Assembly: GCF_964204645.1 (NCBI RefSeq)
Contig: NC_134029.1
Location: 11,434,850-11,498,849 of the forward strand
From: Tubulanus polymorphus
Taxonomy: Eukaryota; Animalia; Nemertea
Length of the DNA stretch: 64,000 nt
Reading direction: 5' to 3'
Numbering within the stretch: position 1 is the stretch's first letter; each line of letters starts with the position of its first letter. The notes under the pieces were generated by a model. That model did not search any database. It was not told where the DNA came from and worked only from the letters and a program-made list of their open reading frames with translations. Below are positions 36,380 to 51,100 of this stretch, in pieces. Position numbers and translations under genes: made by a program.

Positions 36380-36863
36380 CCCATTAGCACTCAAGCCGCC
36401 TGTATCCGCCCTGCCTATTACCGGTACTCCTCAAGCCGCCTGAATCCACCCTGGCACTTTTTTCGTATGCTGCACAAAAACGGTTATAGTGGGATTCGAA
36501 CCCAATAGCTAATGATAAACTACACACCTAAGTCCTCGAAATACCAACCAGAAGTCAACATCCCCCTATTTCAATTTCTCGAGTATTTCGAGTCTGAACA
36601 TGACACATGTGAGCCCTCACTACAAATCCAAGTAAGTTTGGATGAATTTCGGGAGCCCAAAAGGACAAGATTTTGGTGGCCCACCTCATCGAATCATACA
36701 TCATATAAAAACCTTGACTATTTACTACAAAATAAAACTAACTTGTAATGCATGGAAATAAACAGCAAATGAGCTATTTGGTATCGTGATGAACTTAGAT
36801 TCTACCTTGAATTTTCTGAGGAGTAATTGACACTGCATACTGCAATTCCAGAGTGCTAATGGG
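36380..36863. mobile_element. piggyBac-type MITE (484 bp)
   Basis: TTAA|CCCATTAGCACTC...GAGTGCTAATGGG|TTAA. Confidence 0.9.
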
Positions 36864-36965
36864 TTAAGTTCATTTTCTCTCATTACTGCAATTCACAAAA
36901 ACTGGAGCTGAGTAGGTCTATATCCTTCATATCCTCAGTGGCAATAAGCCACTATAACAGTGATT

Positions 36966-37201
36966 AACGAATAAAAAGGCACAGTAGATACAAAGAAAAG
37001 TTTATCGTCAGCCAGTTTCCGGGTTACTTCTAAACCCCATCATCGGAGAAACTAAAATGCTACAATAATTAGTTTCTCTGATGATGGGGTTTAGAAGTAA
37101 CCCGAAACTGTCTGATAATAACTTTTCCATATATCTACAGTGGCTTTTTAATTGTTAACTCCACACTGAGATTGATATTGGTTCACTATTATAGTCAAAT
37201 T
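36966..37201. mobile_element. Tiny Penelope-derived insertion: inverted pair of hammerhead-like motifs, possible 9-bp TSD ACAGTGATT
   Basis: ~90-bp inverted arms. CTGATGA-TGGGGTTTAGAAGTAACCC-GAAACTGTC at 37078-37112. Direct repeats at 36957-36965 and 37202-37210. Confidence 0.6.
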
Positions 37202-37235
37202 ACAGTGATTGATTATAGATGAATTGATAGCAAAT

Positions 37236-38535
37236 AAACTAGAATGAGGCAAAGCCTCGAATGCCCCTGGCCTCAAATTCACCGCCACGTGAAGTTACAG
37301 GGTTTGTGGTAGATGCGTTAAAATATCATGGCCACAATTATTTCTATAAGAATGATATTAGAGAACATGTGTACAAAGTATAAATAATTTATCAACAGTT
37401 GCAGCCTCTAGGCTGTTTTCCCCTGATGGCCATAATTAGAATTTGTCAACAATTGCGGCCTCTAGTAATAATTTGAATTGAATCGACCCAATTCTAAATA
37501 GGGTTCTGGCCCAAGTGATACCCTACTTGTGTACCAAGTTTGAAAACAATCGGTCAACAATTGTGGCCTCTAGGCTGTTAACGTCATTCTTCATGTCGGC
37601 CCCGTGGTGGCAATAATTTGAATTGAATCAACCCAATTTTAAATAGAGTTCTGGCCGAAGTGATATCCTACTTGTGTACCAAGTTTGAAATAAATTGGTC
37701 ACCAATTGCAGCCTCTAGGCTGTTAACGTTGTTTTTCACGTTGGCCCCCTGGTGGCCATAATTTGAATCGAATCGACCCAATTTAAGTAGGTTCTGGCCC
37801 AAGTGATATCCCACTTGTGTACCAAGTTAGAAATGAATCGGTCATCAATTGCGGCATTTAGGCTACTAACGTCATTTTTCACATCGGTCCCTGGTAGCTA
37901 TTATTCGAAACGAATTGACCCAATTTTAGATAGGCTTCGGTCCCAAATGATATCCTACTTGTGTACCAATATTGAAATGAATCGGTCAACAATTGCGGCC
38001 TCTAGGCTGTTAACATTGTTTTTCATGCATGCTGCCCGGTGGCCATAATTTGAATCGAATCGACCCCATATTAAGGAAGCTTCTGACCCAAGTGATACCC
38101 CACTTGTGTACCAAGTTTGAAATGAATCGGCCAACAATTGCGGCCTCTAGGCTATCAACGTCATTTTTCATGTCGGCCCCCCTGGTGGCCATAATTTGAA
38201 TCGAATCGTCCAAATCTTGAATATGATTCGGGGCCAAGTGATATCCTACTTGTGTACCAAGTTTAAAATAAATCGGTCAACAATTGTGGCCTCTAGGCTA
38301 TTAACGTCATTTTTCATGTCGGCCCCCTGGTGGCCATAATTTGAATCAAATCGTTCGAATTTTAAATAAGATTCGGGGTCAAGTGATATCCTACTTGTGT
38401 ACCAAGTTTGAAATGAATCGGTCCACAATTGCAGCCTCTAGGTTGTTAACGTCACTTGCGGTGGCGGCGTACTCAGATAGGGGTAATTCTATATGCCCCC
38501 TCTCAACTAAAGTTGTGCCGGGGGCATAGTAAAAA
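37236..38535 (+). mobile_element. HINE/DINE-like element with ~7 tandem ~145-bp core repeats
   Basis: AACTAG start, periodic GTACCAAGTTTG and CCCCCTGGTGGCC, and a 3' hairpin TATGCCCCC...GGGGGCATA before an A-run. Confidence 0.75.
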
Positions 38536-41084
38536 GACACCTCCCATATCTGGAAAGTGAATGTACAAGAGACAATTTCATTGTCAATTTTTTTCTAAAA
38601 ACTTAATACCCCCTACCCTTGTCATGGCTTACAAATACCGTGTGATGAAACCAGTTGCCTTTTTTGGGCCTAATTCTCAAACTTTCAATTACATTATGCA
38701 TTCAATCAGGAATGAATGGAATTTTCCATTTGGATAAAATACAGTATATAGTAAAACACTATGTAAAATATAGACTAAAGCAAAGTTTAAAGAAAATTAA
38801 TGAAGATACAAGAAAAAGCACCATGTTTACAAAATTTCATCACGCTTACAATCAGTTTATATAAATGCAGTCTTCGATGTTCAGAACGGTGTAATGGATT
38901 GTATGATATGTGTTGTGAACATGACCAGCACATCCACATCTCTAGGCGTCGATCCAGGTGGGTGCTTTAGGAGCTAGAGCACCCCCCCACCTTAGCAAAA
39001 TGTCCTTGTTCCCTAAAATTTCAATTCCAGAGCAATGAGATGGCAGGTGATGGATAGCATTTTGATGTATTGGATGGTCTATAACAGTGCCTAGAACGTT
39101 CAGAATGCATGACAATGAAACTAGTTTTTCAAAATTTTCAGTAGGGGTCCCCTTTGAAAATTCTGGATCCACCGCTGACCCAAGTCTCACATCAACAATG
39201 GAGAGAATCCAAGAAATTATTCTTAAATCATCTCTGCATATTCTTAATCTCTTGGAATTTATGTTCCTACAATAAAATGATGTTATTTTTATTAGAGTAA
39301 GGACAGGATGAAAAAGTATGAATTCACCCAATACCTAAGAATGCAACTCGTGAAGTGCATTTGGAACAGAACCATTTCTGGGGACACTATTCATACATCT
39401 ATCTGTGGTCAAACAGTGAGGCAGAATCTGCCCTTGAATTGTAAACTAATGATAATACTCTTCAATGCTCTCACTTTAGGGGAGGGCAGGCCACACCAGA
39501 TATTTTTGGGAAAGGGCCCAACTTGCATGCAGGCATGAATTCTAGGTGAAGTTTTTGTATTTTACCTCAGAGGGCTTTCAGTAACTGCATTCCATGCATT
39601 TGGAGTAATTTCTCATAAATAACTTCGTATGACAAAATGGTTGGTTTTACTATAAGGTATGTGTGACAATGAATAAGCTTAGATTAGCAATCATCAGTAA
39701 TTATATCCACAGAAATAAACTTACTAGAACACCCAAGTACCAGATACATACAATATCTTCCAAACACCAGAGACTGCCAAAATTATGAAAGATTTCATCC
39801 ACTTGCCAGGATGAAATATTCAAAACGCATTAAATCAGTAGCAACATAGCAACATGCATCATGTACACACATATCAGTGAAAAAGGGTTACACAACATAC
39901 ATAATCCACAAATTAATGATGATCATACAAGATTTAACAAGCCGTCTATTAAATAACATGTTTAACAAATAACTTTTGTGACAAACTGGGTCCAAGAACT
40001 AATATCTGGTAATAACAATAAAACCATCACAAATTTCTTGAGATTTAGAAATCAAAACCTGCATTTTACTTAGTTGAGTGAAGACTTCCATGCACTGGTA
40101 GTAATGCCGGTATCACCAGGCAGCCGGGAGCCTTATCTTTGAGGCATTTACCATTGTTTTGCGCATCAGAACGATAATTTTTTGAAAATGTGGTGATAAT
40201 ACAATTTTTCATCTGCCACATAACTTACAAGCAAAAACAGAAAAAATAACTTTTCGGACCATCAAATTAAAAATCTGGCGACGCTATGTCATAGGGAGTA
40301 AGCATTACATTCAGGACAATTTTGGCTGTGTGTAATGCTTAATGTGAACTGTATTTCAATTTGCATTTACTGAGAAGCATTGGAACTACTTGTATAACTA
40401 CACCTTTTGATCCATTTTAGTGGCAATTGGTATGATGTCATAGACATCAAACAATGCTTAAAGCAAAAACTGGTCACTCAGATGCCATAGCAGAGCTCAA
40501 TCTTTTTCATTTCACATCCCTTCTTTTTAGAGTCTATGAAGTAACATGCAAATTCCATGAATAAACATGCAGCATATCTAATGAATCTCTATGACAGTGT
40601 GACAAAATATTTTTGGTGTTGGCTAGGCCTACCACAATGTGAATGCTGTTGTTCATCAACTCTTGTAAATCAGAATGGTGATTAGTTCTACATCCAGTAA
40701 TAAGAGTTATCATAATTACTTGGATGATTAATTTCCATGAAGTGAGAGCCATAGAAACTGATGATATAAAACTTTTTTTAAATTAAAAGCGTTTTCTGAG
40801 CACTTAAAGCGATCTTGAACCCATGAACAACTATCATATTTTGGAAGGTAATGACTTTTTCCAATGTGGCACATCCTCATTCGTTGGCAGTTAAAATCCA
40901 CCGATGAATGCTCACTAAAAATCATCACAGCGTATAATATCTGAAGGCATTTGCCACATAAGCACGAGGCAACAGTAGTAGGCCTTAATATACATTACAA
41001 CTGTAGCTGTTGTTGTTGTTGTCTGCGACCAATCAAAATCAGTGTTGCAATACCTGTTGCAATTAGTAAAACAGGCGCTGCACG

Positions 41085-41554
41085 CTTTTACAGTTCACCC
41101 GATTACCAATTGTGTTGGACCAGCTGAGTGAAACCATCATCACCCCCCATACTTATACATCATTTTTTGAACTATTTGAAAAAATTATATTTTTCAGTAC
41201 CAAAATCCACCGGTAACCGCGGATCTCCTTCAGTTGGCATCGAGTATGAAAATACCAATAAAACTTACACTAACAACGTATGTACAGTGCATGTATTCAA
41301 TGTATAGCCCGAAAGCTTTTACAGTTCACCCAATTACCAATTGTGTTGGACCAGCTGAGTGAGACCATCATCACCCCCCCCCCCCCCCCATACTTATACA
41401 TCATTTTTGGACTATTTGAAAAAATGATATTTTCCGGTACCAAAATCCACTGGTAACGGCGGATCTCCTTCAGTTGGCATCGAGTCGGAAAATACCAATA
41501 AAACTTACACTAATAACGTATGTACAGTGCATGTATTCAATGTATAGCCCGAAA
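41085..41554. repeat. Tandem duplication of a ~235-bp unit
   Basis: Two near-identical copies, each starting GCTTTTACAGTTCACCC. Confidence 0.85.
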
Positions 41555-42807
41555 GGCATCACATGCATAGCAAATAGTCAGTGCTCGCTCATTTTTCAAA
41601 CCCATATATTTATTCAAGTTCGGTGTTTATCGAAAAAATAACTTTTTGTTCTGGTATATGGGTGAGCTACACTTGATCTTTAAACCCGTACTGCGTTGCA
41701 TCCAGAATACGTGTAGAATACATTTAAAAATGCTGGAAATAAAAAGCACAGACCATGCTTGACTGAAACAAATACCTCGGATCAATTTGTTCATTCCTTC
41801 AAATTATTCTGAATATACATTGAATATTTTTTGGCTGAATTAAAATGAATAAACCTTGATATTTTTTGGCTGAATAAAACTGAATTGAATTGGCTGACCA
41901 GCCACTTCAAGATTTCATTGAATTATGATGACAATTAAATCTTCATAAAGTTTCTGAATGTCAAGCTACACTAGAGCATGTTACTTGACCAAGGGTTAAA
42001 TTTCAGAGTGAGATACAGCTATAATCGAGTCACAATGATAGTTTAGAAAGATCGACAGGTACAACATTTACGTTTTATCTGTTCATACGACTTGGTAAAA
42101 TGAATTAATCAGAAAAAAGTTTTTGATTACCTTTTAGTCCAAAATCTATTTCAAATTAATGGAATTAACTTTTATCACTATTCAACCCGATAAAAAGTGA
42201 AATGATCTTGAATCTGAAGTTTCTGCAACTATCTATTGCTGCGTATTGAACCTCATTTATTGGATCTTTTGTTCACTCAATGACTGTAACAATGGTGTAC
42301 TTTTGTTCATGGTAAATGTACATACCACGATACAAATAGTTCTATCATTCCTCGAGAACTAAAAACTAAGTCATCTCCAGCATCCCTTTCAGCCGATTAC
42401 CATATAATCTCTTAAGATACTTTGCCCCCTCAATAATTGTTTGTTGGCGGCACCTGAAATGAAAGCGAATGCCAGTGGACTAGAAAGCAGATCGACCGTA
42501 AATGCTCATACATGTGGATGAATTGAAATTGGCTCTCACTTCTAGGCTCTCACTCAGTCTAAGATGGCCGTTTGAATATGTCACTTCTAGGCTCTCACTC
42601 AGTCTAAGATGGCCGTTTGAATATGTTTTGATAACCTCAAGGATAATTCTAACTCCTTTAACAGTTACAGTTTTAGGAGAGTGGCCGTTATTCCTAAAAT
42701 CTGTGTTGTACGTAAATTTGCTATCTGAATCAATTGATGAAACTGACTGGCTCATGAAATGTAACTATTTACAGACATGGATTGCTTTTAAGCTGTTGCC
42801 TAGCTGA

Positions 42808-45522
42808 TTAAATGCTGATCGAATTTGGTATGAACGCTGGATCAAGCAATGTATACTTGAAAGTTCTTTCTTCATTTTTCTTCTGAATCAATTCACTTAT
42901 CTGCTTCAAATCGTTGCGAAACCTGAAAATTATTACATCGTGAACCATGATCATATTCTCAAGAATGAATAAAAACATGAAACAACAAGAAATGAAATTC
43001 TTAATATGTACTTTCCTAAATTTACATGAGTGTATGTTTAATCAGCATCAAAATTAAACATTGGTACTCTAGAGATTTAAGAACAAATGAAAAAGAGTGA
43101 TCACTACTGGATTGAATTCAAGTGATGGTAGAAAATTGACTTGTTACAGACAATTGGATCAAAAATAAGGACGGAAAATATCGAGAAAAAAATGTATTTT
43201 CTCAAATTATGAATGGAAATGCATACATATCTTTGGCATGGAGTTTTAGGCAGAATTTCAGAGAATCTGTGCTCCAAGTAATCAAAAAAGCCTAAGATAT
43301 TCCCTTGATTGAATTAAGAAATGTTCATGAAAATCTGTCAATTGATATGATAGGAAAGGGTACAGTACTCGAAAGAAATACACAACTGCATGATGATTCA
43401 TCATGAATATACATGGAAGGTTTTCCCCACAGACTCAAATAGACACTCCCCACGTTCATGTTATGACAATATCATTTATTTCATACACTATGTACGAAGT
43501 TTGTTAACGTTAGACAATTTATTTTCGTAAATTGAACAATTTTCAAGATTCACTTGCCCCTTTCCCAATTTTACTGTCCTTCTATAAAATTCACTGCTTT
43601 TCACGGCTGCCCGCAACGATCTCTGGCAGTTGAATCATTTGCAGTTTCCAAGAAAACTTTAACTAGGTCACACGCGAGGCGCACTTTTCATATACATGTA
43701 CAGATCAATACTACACACATCAGCGAGTCATGTGAGGAGTGCACGTGTGTGAAGCATGGACATACGTAAAAGGGCATGTGTTCTTCCAAAAGGGTAGTTC
43801 CAACAAAAAACAAATGACTAAATTGATCAATAAGCAATGGATTCCGATGAAATTCAATAGGGTTAGAGCTTTTATTACTGCATTGAATATTTTGAAGTTC
43901 CGAAGAGAAACTAAGCCTCGTTTTTAAGTTATTTTGTACCAAAGGAAGAAAGTTTTATATGCAATAACAAAATGGACACACGAAAGTCCATAAATATGAA
44001 TCCAGCCTTGACACACATAAGGCAATTTTGAAATGTCTTTAATACGATGGTTGTTATTCACACAAGTTGGAGAAGAATTATTTCACCAGGTGCCGGTATG
44101 CGAAAATCAAAGGCAATTGGCTCCATGATAAGTGGAGTCTACTCAACAAAGCCATGGGTATTTTAGCTAAATTTCTAAGCTGTATCAAGTTGTTTTGGCG
44201 ATATCAGTGGTGCAACAGTATTTTCTTCGGAGGCACCTTAAATCCATTGGTACAGCACTTGAGATTTTCCGTCACATCCAAACCTGTGACTGTGTAGCGT
44301 ATATGTGGGCCCAAGCTCTAGAACCTGGAATTCACCCTTCATTTTTGCAAGTTGTAGGTCTCTTGCCATATAGCCAGATCAGTTCACGAGATTAGTCCCT
44401 AAAGGGTTTAGTAGGGCCCTAATGAGAAATTAATGATGTCCGCCTTCGCAGCCATTTCAAGAAAGCAAGAAACCTGACTTTTGAAAGGTGTAATTGTGGA
44501 TCTAGTAGCGCATCAAACTTTGAAAATTGCTTGTCATTATTAGTGCCTAGAGCACTCAGAAAAATTTCCCCTGTGGTGGCCATATTGGAAGAACCGAAAC
44601 CTTAATTTTCAATATGTGTTATCAGTGGACCTACCCCATTACACCTACAAAGTTTTAAGAAAATTGCACATAAAAATTTCTGTTTCATGGACACTGATTG
44701 CACTAGCCGCAATTCAGCGAATAGAGATCAACAAAATGGTTTAGTGGTCTTTGAGCTTTGGAGATGTTATTACCACTACAATGCAAATAACACCTATTTT
44801 CTATGTTTTTTCAGTATTTCAAAATTAAAATGGTGGTGCTATGAGAGAAACTTATCCAGAGTGTACCAAAATTTTACCATAGGTCTCCAGAAAAAAATCA
44901 CTTACTGTTCAACACATTTCAATGCTGGAGGATGATGCATATACATCACTTCAAAATCCCCTAAAGCGTTGGTTCCTTGCTGACTGAGCAATTTTGTAAC
45001 AACCATTGTGTCCAATGTCTGTTGCTTAGTTGGCAGTGCATGAATGATATCTTCTTCAGACAATGGCTCCTATGAAAGTAAGAAATTACAGACATCAAAA
45101 TTAAATGTAGTAGATATGTAGTTTCTAACCGGTCAGGCTTCTCACCGAAGGTTTAATCTATGATTTATAAACCCAAATAAACGATTTTGAAATCAATTAT
45201 GATATCTGACATCATTATCATGTCAAGATATGATGTACAACTAGTAAGGATATCTTAAAAATAAATAGCAAAGCAAAACGATTATGCCATTGTACTGAAT
45301 TAAGCAGGCTTGTGAGTTTTACTTTTGTTCATACTACATTACTAGTACCTTATTTCTAGGTGGTTCTCCGTTCAAGAACCCTGGATAGTTGAGTGGAAAT
45401 CCATATTCATCATATTGGGAGAAGTTAGCCATTGCATGACTAGCACTGCATGTAAAAATAATACTGGTCAATGTGGCCACCAGATCCTCAATCTTGGTAA
45501 ACTGACCATTACCCGCAACACC
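42808..45522 (-). CDS. Lipoxygenase, last three coding exons (45349-45522, 44906-45069, 42808-42922); upstream exons not found in window
   Basis: GT-AG splices keep the frame. IIFTCSASHAMANFSQYDEYGF (HxxxN iron ligands), LP...LS...LGDF, and FRNDLKQIS...YTLLDPAFIPNSISI* with the terminal Ile ligand. Confidence 0.93.
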
Positions 45523-48110
45523 CTGAAAGATTTGAAATGTATTGTCATTCATTAAGTAAATTAACAATTTTCCTTGATAGACATTGTGACGCTTTCCTAT
45601 AAAATCCGCGGTTTTTTCCTGAGTTACACACGTGAACCAGCTGATGGCTAAGCCTTCAGCACTTGCGAGCACCAAAGGCGCGAAGCTCTTATGTGGGGTT
45701 AGGGGGCCCACCCCTGAGAAAATTTTAGAAATTAAAAGCGTTTTCCGAGCACTTAGAGCAATCTTGAACCCATGAACGACTATTAAATTTTGGAAGGTAA
45801 TGGCTATTTCCAATGTGGCACATTCTCATTCGATGACAATCAGCATCTCACGCATTACGGGTCGAGCCCTGAATTAATGTAGTTTAAATGCGCTGATGAA
45901 CGCTCACTAAAAATCATCACAGTGTATAATATCAGAAGGCGTTTGCCACGTACGCGCATGGCAAAAGAAGTGGGCCTTTATTCATTACTACTGTTGCCGC
46001 ACACGCATTTCGCCAACCGATCGATAAAACACATACACATCGTAGTGGATAAATAAATTGCCCATGGGCAAAGTGTGGTTTACCTTGAAAGCTAGAGGTT
46101 GTTTGGAGTAAGGGCATTGCTTGAAAAATCTTTTTAATTTGTGACTTCAAAGTTCTAGAAGTTTATATTGTATTATAACTTTCTTAAAAAATTATTTTGT
46201 AGTCAAATAAGATAAAAGATAAACATTTGTTTATGGTCTACACCCAAATTTCGTAGGGTACGGGAAAGCACGGTATGGCAGGGAAACTATGTTATATATT
46301 CAAAAAAATATTTTTCACAATATGAAAAAATATTCAAATGAAATTCATATGATATCACATATCAGAGGGTGGCTGAATATATAGTCTTGGGAACGAAAAC
46401 TTCCAATGTATGGCCGCGGAAGCTAAAACACCGGGGCATAGTATTAGATCCTTTTAAATCCTGGAATTTACCACTACAATATTCAGACCTCACCCTATAC
46501 CTATTACAATTACAATTCTTTACAAATTCTATCAAACAGAAAACACCGCGCTCATCTTCTGCTATGAAGATTATTCAGCCTGTTATCATACCAAACGTGC
46601 ACGCGCCAAGCAGCGTCACAGCATCACCATATAGTAGTCTGTATGAGCGTGTGTTTGTGTGTGCAACAGTCTAATGTTTAGCACTCCCGCGCACGTAGAG
46701 GCCTTGTGTAGTAAACGTTCGCTTCACTTCAACCTCAATCAACACAATCACCGTATATTGAAACAATACCTATGGCGATATGCGAAATAATTATATTCTC
46801 ACCAGCAATGAGAATTAAAAATTCGAAGTCATTGCAATTTTATACGCAAGAGCTAAGAATTTTCCTGCCAGTTTTTCGTCGAATTTAAACAAAGGTGACC
46901 ATGTCATCGACAGAGGTTCGTCATGTCTTCAATCGTATCGATTATACGTCGTTCAACTCGAGAACCAATGAAAAAAATGCTCACAAAAAATATACCGCGA
47001 TTTTACATGAATTGGCTCAACGCCAACCTCATACTGCTGACAAACCAAACCAAACCAAAAATCAATGTTGCAATGAATACGCATTGAAATTCCATACGCG
47101 ACGGTTCACCCGATAACCAATCGCGCCGGGTCAGCTGAGTGAGACCGTCATCACCCCCCCTTTACAAAGAAGAGGCCCACGGGCCTTATACCTTCATGAC
47201 GCAGTAGAAGAAGAATGATTCAGTATTCAAAGTTTTACGGAAAGATTTACATTGTAACAATGTAACAAGTTTTAAAACTAACTACATGAAAAAATGCATC
47301 AAGGGTTGGTGTAGGCATCATGCTGAAAAGAAATCCAAGATGGATGGCAACCCTGGTGGCCATTCTTGAACTCAATTTTCAATAAGGGGTAGACATTTCA
47401 CCTACTAAAATTCTTACACCTAGTATTATGAAAATGCATCAAGAATTGCGGGCCGTTTTGTGCTAGAAATTCAAGATGGCTGAACTGGCGGCCATATTTG
47501 AAAGCCGATGACCTGCATATACAAAGGCATGGACAGCTTACCTACCCTGATCCTCACACAAAATTTCGTGGAAATCCATCAAGAATTGCGGGCTGCATCG
47601 TGCAAACAAGAAATTCAAGATGGCCACCCCATGGCAGCCATATTTGATCACCAATGACATTTCTTTACAATAGGGGTGGACATCTCGCCAGACCCAATCT
47701 TCAAGCTAATTTTCAAAAAGATTCATCCCAAATTACAGGAGAATTACTGTGTCAAATTCGAATCAATTCTAGAGGGCCTGGCTTAGGCCTATGCAATAGG
47801 AGTCAATTAAGATTCGACTTTGTGAAAAGCCAGCACAGATGCCTATTCAAAACACATGTAATTAAAAAATCCAGTGCTTCTTAGTTTGATGTCCCTGTTT
47901 CCATCGCGCACGTGGTTAGAATTATTGTTTACATCAAACGTCTTCAGCAGCTGATACAATCGCATCTGCGTCGCACAATCATCTTAATTGATTCATTTAC
48001 TAAAATGCTCACTATGAAAAAACTATGCGGTGAATATATCCAGAATTTTTCAGTAGAATGTCAGACACCAGGTACCTTTCTTTAAAGGTTTATTTGTTGT
48101 ATGTCATTAA

Positions 48111-51100
48111 CCCCTTGACCGCCACTTATTTTTATAATAAATATACCCGTACGCCACTTATTTTGGGGGGATTTTTATGTCGTGACCCAAAAGTTGAAAA
48201 TTGCCTTCCAGTCACTTATTTCTCAATTAAACTGCTATAAACCATATATATTTGAAAAGGTAACATTCAGAGCTATCTATTCAAGCCCATAAAAATACTT
48301 TTTAAGATACTTGGTTGTTCATGATGATGTCATTATGACATCATCAATATGGCCGCCATCAAAATTTCATATACACACCTTCTGAAATAAAATTTTGCAT
48401 ATAAAAAGTGCAGAAACAGTTTTGTGTGCCTGAATGGATAGATATGAATGTTACCTACAATATACAACCATTTCTGTGTGATTAGATCTCCAAATAAATG
48501 AATAAAGGCTCTTTTACCTGAAAATATCCGTTTAGTGAAATTTCATGGAAAAACACAAATATCAATTGTCACAGTTCATATGCAGTTGTATCTAGTTTAT
48601 AAAGTATGCCATTGTTCAAAACAGGGTGCAGCACAAAGAGGCACATTTCCACAGGCAACACACCTGTATTTCGTTTCAACACGTTTCCGTGTTCCTGGAG
48701 CCCCATTTTCGCGATCACGTTCTGAGCAGATTCGACAGACACGAAACGCAACTTGTCTGTTTCTAGTAGGAGGATTCAGAGCTGGGAAGTGTCTTCCACT
48801 AAAGCGGATGGGGACATCATTTGACGCTCTTGGGCGACCCTTAGCTGCAGATGTTGGATCAGCACCAACACCCTCCACAATCTGACTTATCAAACGTGTG
48901 CGAAATTTGAGATGTCGCGTGTTTCTTCGAGTTGGATCTGCCTTCTTCCAGAGAACAAAACTGTTGAAAGTTGCGATATCGATCAAATGCATAGCTAGTT
49001 TACGGTACCATTTGATTGTTTTACGATGCATAGCATAAGCTTCAAGCATTTGGTCCTTGAGATCTACGCCTCCCATTTGATGATTGTATTCGACAATTAC
49101 ATGTGGCTTGCGTATTGGCTCTTGAGTGGTGCGGTTGACTTTCCCAGTATCAACGATATGTTCATCATGATAGTTAGATAACATTCAAACATACTTTTTG
49201 TCCAACCAACAGAGTGCTAACAGTTTGTCTGAGCTTCTATGTGTAATGTCTCCTTTCACCAAGGGAATTTGTACCCCATTAGCATCATAACGATACTTCA
49301 GATCTTTGGGCATGTGTTTTCGATCAAGCCGAACAGTACCGACAGCATGAGTCGCACGTTGATATAACTCCAGAAAAAGAACAGGGCTCGTGTAGAAATT
49401 ATCTACCGTCAATTTGTATCCCTGATCAAGCAAACCATCCATCAAATCCATGACAACATCATAAGAAACACCATGCACAGACGCTTGATTTGCAATTTGA
49501 TCTTGTCCGGTATATAACCTGTATTTCCAACAGTACCCAGTGCTACTTTCGCACAGCTCATACGACTTTAGTCCGAAACGTGATCGCTTTTTGGGTATGT
49601 ACTGCTTGAATATCAGCCTGCCCTTCCATAGCAAAAGAGCTTCATCTATTGACACACACTGTTCAGGGGTGTACATGCGTGTGAAACGGGCAGTAAGATA
49701 ATCAAAAAACGGTTTGATCTTCCATGCACGCTCACCCTCTGGTCGTGGAATATTATTATTCTGAAAATGTATCGCACACAAGATTTGTAAGAAACGATTT
49801 CTACTCATAATTTGCCCAAATCCTGGTGTTTCCAGAAGACTGTCTGTTGACCAATATGAATCAACTACTGGTTTTTCTACCAATCCAAACATTATTACCA
49901 ATGTCAAAAAGCGCCACATAGTCTCACGATCAATCGGTTTCCACTTATGCATACGTGCATATTTTTTATTAGCAGGCGTGGTTATTTTTCTCTCATTTCC
50001 ATATCGATTTGTTTCTCTCACCACAATATCAATAAGTTCATCGGTAAGGAACAGTTTCAAAAAATCCCATTCTGTAGCATCATTTGGTAATCGGAAATTT
50101 GGACCATGTTGTCCTGTAAATGGAAACGAGTGAGTTACCTGTGGGTCTCTTTTCCATTCTATTAGCGGTGGTTGATGAGGTTGATGACGATTTCTTCCTC
50201 GAACACCAGCTACACCACGAGCATGTCCACCACGGCCTCGAGCTTGGCCACGACCACGGCCTCGAGCTTGGCCACGACCACGAGCAACGATGCGTCCACC
50301 ACGTGCTCGTCCGCGTCCGCCTCGTCCATGGTCTCCACCGATATTACCATGAACAGCTGATCCATCGCTAGCTCCACTGTCGTCATCAGAATCTTGACTA
50401 CTAGGTAGGCTTACAGCTCCTGAAAAATAAATAACCAGAAATTCATGAGAATTTTGCCTATAACTTCAAGACCGTACTCGAAAACGAAAACACGGAGGAA
50501 TACAAAGAAATTATAGGTACCGTAAAGTAGGCCTCGAGCAATAATTCACACTGAAATGTGACACTGACATTATTCATGTTGAGAGTTGATGTGTACATAC
50601 CTTCAGATTCGCTGGCAGTGCCATTATCATCACTATGATCTAAATCCATAGCAGAAACCGACGGCGACGCTCTATCAGCATCGCTAGATTCTTCATCTTC
50701 AGCATCCTGTAAGGCCCTATCATCAGTATTATCACTGTCACTGACAACATCCTGATCACTGCCATCATGGAAATTGGCATTTTCACTTTCATTTCCGCTT
50801 GAATAACTAAAATCATCATCGTTTATTTGATCAACAACAGCTGCAAGATCATACCGTTTAGGTCTACGATTAGCTATGAGAATCTCACTCATACACATAG
50901 ATTGTATCCCTTGTCATCAAAACACCAGCAAATTCATGAAATTGCTTCCATTTCAAGTACGTGAATGTTTACTACGGTACCTATATATGCGTAATGTTAC
51001 TCGATACACAGTAGACCTTGCAAAGGCAGGTCGAATCCCATATACATAAATACCGACAATATCGGTACCGACATTCCGGGGAGAAACGGTGATACCGACT

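Noticed and set aside
45523-45813. N-terminal 97 aa of the 159-aa ORF as part of the lipoxygenase
   Set aside because: This is intron and repeat sequence (similar to ~40770-40950) upstream of the AG acceptor at 45523-45524.
49185-49187. Programmed readthrough or selenocysteine at the in-frame TGA
   Set aside because: No supporting signal was seen. A single nonsense mutation at a non-catalytic position is simpler.
50120-50371. His-rich and Ser/Thr-rich plus-strand ORFs
   Set aside because: They are antisense shadows of the RGG-coding part of the piggyBac transposase.
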